From an uncultured delta proteobacterium (GTDB lineage Bacteria; Myxococcota_A; Polyangia; Haliangiales; Haliangiaceae): DNA of 64,000 nt. Of the stretch, positions 57,200 to 64,000 are shown piece after piece. Location of the stretch: the NCBI GenBank assembly GCA_963848295.1, contig CAWKDB010000010.1:3648001-3712000 (forward strand), in the 5' to 3' direction. Both the position numbers and the translations under genes were made by a program. The notes under the pieces are model-generated. The model worked only from the letters and a program-made list of their open reading frames with translations. It searched no databases and was not told the origin of the DNA. Within the stretch, counting starts at the first letter, position 1; the number at the start of each line of letters is the position of its first letter.

Positions 57200-60100
57200 C
57201 TACGAAGCCAGCGCCCGTCGGGCCCGCAGCCGCAGCACCCAATCCGTGCCAAACGGCGCGATCCCGATCTTGTCGGCGATGCCCTCGAGCCGCTCCGCAA
57301 CGGACGCATCCCGGCACACCGCGGCCGACAGCGCGATCACGCCGGGCTCGGTCGCGGCTGCCATCGCGAGCACGTGCTCGACGTTCTGGCCGAAGTAGTC
57401 GAGCCGCCCACCTTGGGTCAGTGCCATCACCGGCCCGCGGTGGATCGCGAGGCTGCACGCGACGCTGTCGGTCAGCGGATTTCGCCCCAGCGCCGGCGGC
57501 AGCGCGAGCGCGAAGTCGGTCGCCGCGCCGGCGCGCTCGAACGCGGCGATCGCGAGGCCGCCGAACGTCTTGATCAGCGAGCCGCCGTAATCGCGTGCGA
57601 GCTGCGACACCTGCTCGAAGAACTGGGCCGCGACCGGGAACGCCTTCGCGTCGCCGAGCTCGTCGAACAACGTACGCGCATCGGTGATCTGCGCGACGAC
57701 GAGCGTCGCTTGCGTCACCGCCATCAAGCGGCCAGGCGCGAGCGCCTGATCGGGGAACAGGTCGCGGAACGACGCGCACGCGATCACGCGCGCCGCTGAC
57801 AAGGCATGCGCGCGGTCGCCGGCTCGCTCGACGCGCACGAGCACCTCGCGCGACGTCGGGTTGACGAGCGTCAGCAGCTGATCACCCACGGTCAGCGCCG
57901 GGACGTCGCTGCGTTCGCCGAGCACGATATCGATCCGCCGCACGCCGCCGGACGCGGTGACGCGCAGCTCGTGGGTGCGCGGCAGCTGCGGGCTGCGCAG
58001 CAGGTAGAAGCCGGTCGCGAGCGACAACGGCAAAGCGAAGCGCTCGCCCGGACCGAGCCGGACCTGCGCGGCGACGTGCGGAAAGTGCGCCGGGCCACCG
58101 ATGCAATACGTCCGGGTCTCGACGTCGCGCACCTCGGACGACGCGCGAAACGCGAGCTCGATCGATCGCGAGAAGTCGACCTGGAAGCCGAGGTTGCAGG
58201 TCTTGCACGAGCCGTGTTCCTCGATCTTCGCCATCGAATCGACGATCGTCGACGGGATCCGACACGACGGGCAGATCACGTCCCACACCATCGACAGCGT
58301 GCCGAGCTTCGCCGAGTACAGGCACGCGTCGATCATCGGCTCCTCGGCGACGCCGAACTTCTCCGCGAGCTCGAGCGGCCGGATCCGCGCGACGTCCTGG
58401 TCCGACGCGCGCCCCAAGAACGAGCTCAGCGCGGTCACCGCTTCGACCGGCACGCCGGCGGCGAGCAGCTGATCGGAGACTTGCTGCAGGCGCGCTTCGG
58501 CTTCGGGGGCGAGCACGACCTCGGGATCGATGGGGTCGATCTCCGGCCGTGGCCCCGCCGCCAGCACGCGGTCGAGCCGGCGATACACGCGATCGAGCCG
58601 CCGGCGATAGCGCACGCCGATCTCGAATCGCGACATGAACCGCGCGAGCCATCCGCGCGGCTCGATCCGGACGGTGTTGCGCAGGCGCGTACCGCCGCCG
58701 GGGAGTCGCTCGAGCTGGACGTCGGCGACGTACCACCGCAACACGCCCTTATCGAACACGCGCAACACGACGTGCCGGCTGCCCTCGATCCATTCGTACG
58801 GATGCTCGCGCCATTGCAGCGACAGGCCGGCGACCCGCTGCTTGCCGGTGGCGGCGGGCGCGACACCGGCCGCGACTCCGATCGACTCGACCTCGAACCG
58901 GACCGGGGCCAGGCCGGTCGCGCGATTCATCTTCTCGGTGTTCGACACGAACGGCCACAGCGCCTCCGGCGAGGCCTCGAGCTCCCACTCGAACACGAAC
59001 GATCGCACCGATTTCTCGCGGTGCACCGGTGGCGCCGGGTGCGCGGCGATCAACGCGGCGGTGCCATCGCACAGCGCCTCGAGCTCGGCGAGCAGCTCGG
59101 CGGCGTCTTGCGGGCGCTGCTTCGGATCTTTCTCGAGACAGCGCGCGATCAGGTCCGCGACCGCCGGGCTGACCTCGGGCACGACCGTATCGAGCCTGGG
59201 CGCCGGCTCGCTCAGGTGCTTGAGGATCACGCCCATCTGGTTGTCGTCCTCGACGACGAACGGCGGCCGGCCCGCGATCAGCGCGAACAAGCAGCAGCCG
59301 AGCGCATAGACATCGGTCGCGGGCGTGACGAGCGCGCCCTGACATTGCTCCGGCGCCATGTACTCCGGCGTGCCGAGCACCGCACCTTCGCGCGTCGCGC
59401 CCTCGGGTGCCTGGTGCTCGACGAGCCGCGCGATGCCGAAGTCACCGAGCTTGACGATCTGGCCGATCGGCTCGGTCTCGAGCTCGAGGCCGTCGCGCAC
59501 GAACATCACGTTCTCGGGTTTGACGTCGCGATGGACGATCCCGAGGCGATGCGGCTCGGCGAGCGCGCGGCAGGTATCGGCGACGATCGACAGCGCCAAC
59601 CGCTCGGGCAATCGGCCGAGCCGGCGCAACGCCGCCGACACGCTGCCACCGGCGACGAGCTCGAGCACGAGGTAGTGCAGCCCGCGATCCTCGTTGAGAT
59701 CGACGAAGTTCGAGATGAACGGGCTGCCGACGCGGGCGAGCACGCGCGCCTCCTTGCGAAACCGATGCAGGAGCTCGTCATCCGCCGCGATCTCCGGCTT
59801 CAACAACTTGATCGCGACATCGGGCCCACCGGTCGTGTCGTGCGCCGCCCACACATCGCCCATCGCGCCCGAGCCGAGCTGGCGCGACAGCTCGAAGCGG
59901 CCGAGCCGCAGGCCCATGCCCGGGCGCGCGCTGCGTACGACGTCGTCGAGATCGGGCTGCGTGATCGCCGGGCGGCGCGCGACCTCGCCGATCTGGTCCG
60001 CGAGGTCGGTCGCGAGCTGGTGCGCGCTCGGGCGCTCGTCGGGCTCGGCTGCGCACGCGCGCTTGATCGCATCGCGCAGGCCGGCGCTCGGCTCGCGACC

Positions 60101-60703
60101 GGCCGACGTCGCGAACAGCTCGGCGAGCGCACCGATCGCGAACACGTCGGATGCCGCATCGGCGGGCGCACCGGCGGCGACCTCCGGTGCGACACAGCGC
60201 GCAGCCCAGGCGTGACGCGTCGAGCGCGTGGCGAGCCCGGTGAGCTCGAACCGCGGACGATCTCCGGCGCCGACGTGCACCGACCATGGATGCAGCGAGC
60301 CGTGCGCGAGCGCGAGGTGATGAGCGGCCGCGACCGCGCCGGCGAGCGACGCCAGGATCTGCAACGCGCGATCGAGATTGCACCCGGCCTGATCGACGAG
60401 CTCGGCCAGCGGCGGAGCACTGTCACCGTCGAGCACGACGGTCGGTGGCGCTGGCTCGAGCCCGAGCACGCCGCGCACGGCGGGTCGATCGATCGCGGCG
60501 ATCGCGCGCAACCGCGCTTCGAGCAGCTTCCACCGCGGCGACTCGGGGCCAAACGTCAGCTCGACGAGCTCGACCAGGCGATCGCCATCACGCGCGAGCA
60601 CCGCGGTGCCATCGGGACCGACGCCGAGCTGCGCTAACGGCGTGCGACCGTGCTGAGCCGGCGTCGCGAACAACGCAGGCATGGTCTGGTCGACCTGTCC
60701 CAC
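57200..60703 (-). CDS. Multidomain signalling protein: pseudokinase, Ser/Thr kinase, SRPBCC, DUF5939-like, degenerate class III cyclase
   Basis: HGSLHP (degenerate kinase); GSGAMG, HRDVKPEN, DFG, YMAPEQ; LWPFVSNTE; CPSC...CKTC; YCIGGP; LDYFGQNV. Confidence 0.88.
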   Translation of the reverse strand: MGQVDQTMPALFATPAQHGRTPLAQLGVGPDGTAVLARDGDRLVELVELTFGPESPRWKLLEARLRAIAAIDRPAVRGVLGLEPAPPTVVLDGDSAPPLAELVDQAGCNLDRALQILASLAGAVAAAHHLALAHGSLHPWSVHVGAGDRPRFELTGLATRSTRHAWAARCVAPEVAAGAPADAASDVFAIGALAELFATSAGREPSAGLRDAIKRACAAEPDERPSAHQLATDLADQIGEVARRPAITQPDLDDVVRSARPGMGLRLGRFELSRQLGSGAMGDVWAAHDTTGGPDVAIKLLKPEIAADDELLHRFRKEARVLARVGSPFISNFVDLNEDRGLHYLVLELVAGGSVSAALRRLGRLPERLALSIVADTCRALAEPHRLGIVHRDVKPENVMFVRDGLELETEPIGQIVKLGDFGIARLVEHQAPEGATREGAVLGTPEYMAPEQCQGALVTPATDVYALGCCLFALIAGRPPFVVEDDNQMGVILKHLSEPAPRLDTVVPEVSPAVADLIARCLEKDPKQRPQDAAELLAELEALCDGTAALIAAHPAPPVHREKSVRSFVFEWELEASPEALWPFVSNTEKMNRATGLAPVRFEVESIGVAAGVAPAATGKQRVAGLSLQWREHPYEWIEGSRHVVLRVFDKGVLRWYVADVQLERLPGGGTRLRNTVRIEPRGWLARFMSRFEIGVRYRRRLDRVYRRLDRVLAAGPRPEIDPIDPEVVLAPEAEARLQQVSDQLLAAGVPVEAVTALSSFLGRASDQDVARIRPLELAEKFGVAEEPMIDACLYSAKLGTLSMVWDVICPSCRIPSTIVDSMAKIEEHGSCKTCNLGFQVDFSRSIELAFRASSEVRDVETRTYCIGGPAHFPHVAAQVRLGPGERFALPLSLATGFYLLRSPQLPRTHELRVTASGGVRRIDIVLGERSDVPALTVGDQLLTLVNPTSREVLVRVERAGDRAHALSAARVIACASFRDLFPDQALAPGRLMAVTQATLVVAQITDARTLFDELGDAKAFPVAAQFFEQVSQLARDYGGSLIKTFGGLAIAAFERAGAATDFALALPPALGRNPLTDSVACSLAIHRGPVMALTQGGRLDYFGQNVEHVLAMAAATEPGVIALSAAVCRDASVAERLEGIADKIGIAPFGTDWVLRLRARRALAS

Positions 60704-60737
60704 GTGCCCAGCATAGGGCATTGCACGGCTTCGCGCC

Positions 60738-61313
60738 CTAACGTGCCACGGCGAGCTCGACGTCGACCGCGGCGGCCCCGGCATCGGTGCGCAGCACGAC
60801 CTTGACCGCGCGAGCCTTGCCGCGCGTCGCGAGCCGATCCGCGAGCGCTTCGCGGGCTCGCTCGAGCCGATCGGCGAGCAGCGTATCGCCCGGCGCTAGC
60901 GTGACGACACCGGCGGCCTTCGCGGTCGCGCCGGTCACTTCGACCGAGCGGACGTGGAACACCGGGCCCTGCGCGATCGAGTACGTCACGAACGCGCCGC
61001 CGGCGGTGCCGAACGTGATCTCCGCCGGCTGAACCTTCGCGGTCAGGTAGCCGCGCGCTTGCAGCGCCGCCTCGAGCGCCGAGCGATCCCGTTCGAGCTT
61101 GTCGGTGTCGACTTCGTCACCGACATGGGTCGACAGCGTCGCGCGCAGCGCGATGACCGGCAGGCCGTGACCGTCGAGCGCGATGCTCTCGATCTCCTGT
61201 GCCTTCGGAGCGGCCGCGGGGCCTGCCGAAGCGTCGCTCACCGATAACTGGCGCACGATGCCCCACGAGCCGATGCCGGCGACGGTGACGAGCGCGAGGG
61301 CAGCGATGCGCAC
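60738..61313 (-). CDS. Stand-alone POTRA-domain protein
   Basis: N-terminal signal/TM segment; IESIALDG...LERDRSALEAALQARGY...VTYSIAQGPVFHVRSVEVTG; no barrel domain. Confidence 0.75.
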   Translation of the reverse strand: MRIAALALVTVAGIGSWGIVRQLSVSDASAGPAAAPKAQEIESIALDGHGLPVIALRATLSTHVGDEVDTDKLERDRSALEAALQARGYLTAKVQPAEITFGTAGGAFVTYSIAQGPVFHVRSVEVTGATAKAAGVVTLAPGDTLLADRLERAREALADRLATRGKARAVKVVLRTDAGAAAVDVELAVAR

Positions 61314-61325
61314 CTCGACGGGAAT

Positions 61326-61341
61326 TGCAACCGCGGGACCA
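61326..61341 (-). promoter_or_regulatory. Sigma54-type promoter of the POTRA gene
   Basis: Minus strand TGGTCCCGCGGTTGCA (GG-N10-GC); predicted +1 near 61315, next to GTG 61313. Confidence 0.55.
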
Positions 61342-61472
61342 GGGCGCGATCGACCAAGATCGCCGCCAACCCCGTGATCAGTGGCTGGTTTGGAAGCGGT
61401 CCGATCGTGACCGGCCCATCACATGTAGTCGATCGGATACTTCGCGGTCGAGCCGTCGAGGCCGGACGGTCT

Positions 61473-64000
61473 TCAGTTGATCGGTGCGGTCGCGACGTTG
61501 CCGAACCGATCGGTGACCTTCACCATCGCCGAGCTCGCGTGATCCGGGACGATCACGGCGCCGTTCGCGTCGGTCGTGCCTGCGCTGGAGATCAGCGTGC
61601 CGCCGCCGGCGTCGAGCAGCGTGACGGTCACCGCCTGGGTGCGCAGCGGCACCGGATCATTCGACATGAGCGTCATGTCCATCAGGCGCCAGCCCTTCGG
61701 CGCGTGCCACGACACGTTGGCCTGGACGTTGCCGCCGACGCGCGCGCCGACCGCCTCGAGCCCACCGGCGACGACCGCGAACGGCTGGCTGTCGATCGAC
61801 CAGCCCTTGCCGTCGACGTGAAAGCGATAGTTGCCGAGCGGCAAGCCGCCGCGATCGTCGAGCGTGTCGAGGCCGTCCTCGCCGAGCCACGGCACCGCCT
61901 GCCACTCGACCGTCCAGTAGTGCGTCTGCGGTCCGGAGGTGCGTTGCAGCGGCGCGGGCGTATACGCCACGGCGAGCTCGGCATCGTCGACGATCCGGCC
62001 GCTGTGTCGGGTCGCCGCGACGTACGTGCCCGAGCCCGCAGGCGTCTCCACTTCGAGCGTGACGTGCGGCGTCTGCGCCGACGGGTCATCGCCGATCCAC
62101 ACGAACGTCGCGATCCCGGAGACGCGCGGGATCGTCGCAGCGGGCTGCGCTTGTGCCGGCGTGCCGGTGCGCATCCAGATTCCGGCCGGCACCGTCGCTG
62201 GCACCGTGCCCGCCATCGGCGCGGGGTCGTCGATCGCGAACGTGTCGGTCGTGGTGACCGTCGCGAGCTTCGTCGTACCGTCGACCGTGCCGTCTTGATG
62301 CGTATCGCTCAGCGCGAGTGGCATCAGCGCGAGCAGCTTCTCGGCGACCATCTCCGCTTCGAGCGGACCGCCGAACGAGACGCTCGGCTCGTAGCCGCCG
62401 AGCAACCAGTCTTCGGGCCGCAACATGTAGCCGCCGTGGCCCTGAGCATAGCCGACGAGGATCGTGTGATCGGCCGCGATCGGCGAGCCCGCCATCAGAT
62501 AGTCCTTGAGCAAGACGCTGAGCTCGCCGGGGATCGTGCCGATCAAGTAGTCCCCGATGCGCAGCGCCGAGATCGTGCTGCGCGTCGTTTCGCACACCGG
62601 GTGCGTCTCGTCGACGCCGAAGTCGATGTTGAAGATCGGGCCGAGGATCGAGCCGGCGACGTCGAGCCGCAAGCACGAGCCGTACGGCGAGATCGTCTCG
62701 GTTCCGGGAATCGCCGCGGCCGGGAACATCGGCTCGCCGGTCTCGCACAGTGCAGCGCCGACCGGCGCGTCGTACTCGTCGATCGGCGAGATGATCGCGC
62801 CGGTGTCGTCGTAGACCTGGCCATCGGGAGTCTTCGCGAGGTCGAACGGCGCGTACGCGAGCGCGCCGCCGCGGATCGTGAACGTCGCCGGGTCGGGGCC
62901 GGTGTCGATCGACCGCGACAACATCGACAGCGGGAGCGATGTCACCATCGCGGTGCCGGCGCCGTTATAGGCCGCCATCATCGTCGCGAGCGCGGCGCGG
63001 CCGTTGCCTTCTTCGACCGCCCAAGGCAAGCACGGATCGCCGGCCGCGCCCGGCTTGACCGCGCAGTCGATCCCGCCGTGACCGACCGGCGAGACGTCAC
63101 CGCCCGCGCTCTGCAGCCGCATCACGACCATCTGCGAGCTGAATTGCTCCTCGAACACGCGCTCGATCGCGCCGGGCGCATCGGTCGACGCGAGCGGGTT
63201 CGTCTCGTCCTCGAGCGTGCCGTGCATGCCGAAGATCGGGATCGCCGCGATCGGCGCACCGCCGACCGTGTCGAGTCGGATCATGAAGAAGTGATCATCC
63301 TTGCGATGGCCGCCGGGCAGATTGTCGTTCTCGGGGCGGCGATCGCGCGTGATCTGATCGGTCGGATCGAAGTTGTCGTCGTAGAAGAACCCGATCTGCG
63401 CCGGCTGCATCGCGGCGAGCGCATCTTGGGCGGCGCCGACCGCGCCGGCGAGCATTCGATCGTAGACCAGCTGGCGAAACTCGCCGGACCCGAGCTTGAG
63501 CGGGCCGTGGCCGGTGAACTGCGCCCAGGCCGAGTGGCTGTGCGATGCCGACAGGATCACCTTGCCGGCGAACTGCGGTCCGAGCTTCTGCTCGAGATCG
63601 AACAGCATGCCCTCGTAGACGAAGATCATGTCGATGTTGACGATCACGACCGTCTCGCCGCCCGCCGACAACGCGACCGCCTTCGCGCGCGGCGCCGCGA
63701 GCCGACCGATCGACGGGTTGAACGTGCCGCTGATGTCGACCTTGCGCGCGTCGACGACGCCGGCCGAGCCGAGGAATCCCGCCCGCGCGGTGTAGCCACC
63801 GAGCGCGGTGCCGACCGGGACATCGAGCACACGCTCGGCCGCACCCGCTTGCAGCGCACCGGCGGCGACCGCGGTGCCCGCGTTCGCGGTCGGCGTCATC
63901 GGCTGGTAGTTGCACAGCTCGGTGGTCACGACCGGCATCGCATCCGGTGCTGGCGTGCTGTGACCACTGCAGCCAGAGGCCAACGCGACGACGAACGCGA
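61473..64000 (-). CDS. Neutral/alkaline ceramidase-like lipoprotein, 5'-partial
   Basis: Frame open to the window end (AFVVALASGC lipobox); LGGY, SASHSHS, GMHGT, PGE, GYEP. Confidence 0.8.
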   Translation of the reverse strand, partial: AFVVALASGCSGHSTPAPDAMPVVTTELCNYQPMTPTANAGTAVAAGALQAGAAERVLDVPVGTALGGYTARAGFLGSAGVVDARKVDISGTFNPSIGRLAAPRAKAVALSAGGETVVIVNIDMIFVYEGMLFDLEQKLGPQFAGKVILSASHSHSAWAQFTGHGPLKLGSGEFRQLVYDRMLAGAVGAAQDALAAMQPAQIGFFYDDNFDPTDQITRDRRPENDNLPGGHRKDDHFFMIRLDTVGGAPIAAIPIFGMHGTLEDETNPLASTDAPGAIERVFEEQFSSQMVVMRLQSAGGDVSPVGHGGIDCAVKPGAAGDPCLPWAVEEGNGRAALATMMAAYNGAGTAMVTSLPLSMLSRSIDTGPDPATFTIRGGALAYAPFDLAKTPDGQVYDDTGAIISPIDEYDAPVGAALCETGEPMFPAAAIPGTETISPYGSCLRLDVAGSILGPIFNIDFGVDETHPVCETTRSTISALRIGDYLIGTIPGELSVLLKDYLMAGSPIAADHTILVGYAQGHGGYMLRPEDWLLGGYEPSVSFGGPLEAEMVAEKLLALMPLALSDTHQDGTVDGTTKLATVTTTDTFAIDDPAPMAGTVPATVPAGIWMRTGTPAQAQPAATIPRVSGIATFVWIGDDPSAQTPHVTLEVETPAGSGTYVAATRHSGRIVDDAELAVAYTPAPLQRTSGPQTHYWTVEWQAVPWLGEDGLDTLDDRGGLPLGNYRFHVDGKGWSIDSQPFAVVAGGLEAVGARVGGNVQANVSWHAPKGWRLMDMTLMSNDPVPLRTQAVTVTLLDAGGGTLISSAGTTDANGAVIVPDHASSAMVKVTDRFGNVATAPIN

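Overview
High-GC bacterial chromosome segment. Gene content (Ser/Thr kinases, FrgA-like protein, VWA and TolB-like lipoproteins, an ECF sigma/anti-sigma module) suggests Myxococcota, probably Kofleriaceae/Haliangium-like; this is inference. Housekeeping genes are rpsB-tsf, pyrH-frr (separated from tsf by about 7.9 kb), a eukaryote/archaeal-type proS, rpsU-prmA-rsmE, polX, a PlsC-like acyltransferase and several peptidases. Accessory content: (1) a four-gene porin-multiheme cytochrome c cluster with 24 canonical CxxCH motifs; (2) two intact HUH/Y1 REP-associated tyrosine transposases (RAYT-like) and one remnant. One intact RAYT sits next to a roughly 320-350 nt structured non-coding element that recurs beside the remnant and shows compensatory base changes; this is the best candidate for an undescribed system. 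The other RAYT is flanked by inverted tandem hairpin arrays and has a sigma54-type promoter; (3) an IS256 remnant apparently carrying a passenger gene; (4) an orphan DGQHR-domain gene; (5) a nucleotidyltransferase plus a 49-aa ORF missed by the ORF track. At least 12 genes have a TANNNT-like -10 box 6-8 nt before the start codon and no obvious Shine-Dalgarno, suggesting widespread leaderless mRNAs. Two genes are interrupted: an in-frame TGA at 25067-25069 and a frameshift near 51300. No rRNA, tRNA or CRISPR array was recognised. All calls are from reading the sequence by eye; no database searches were run.
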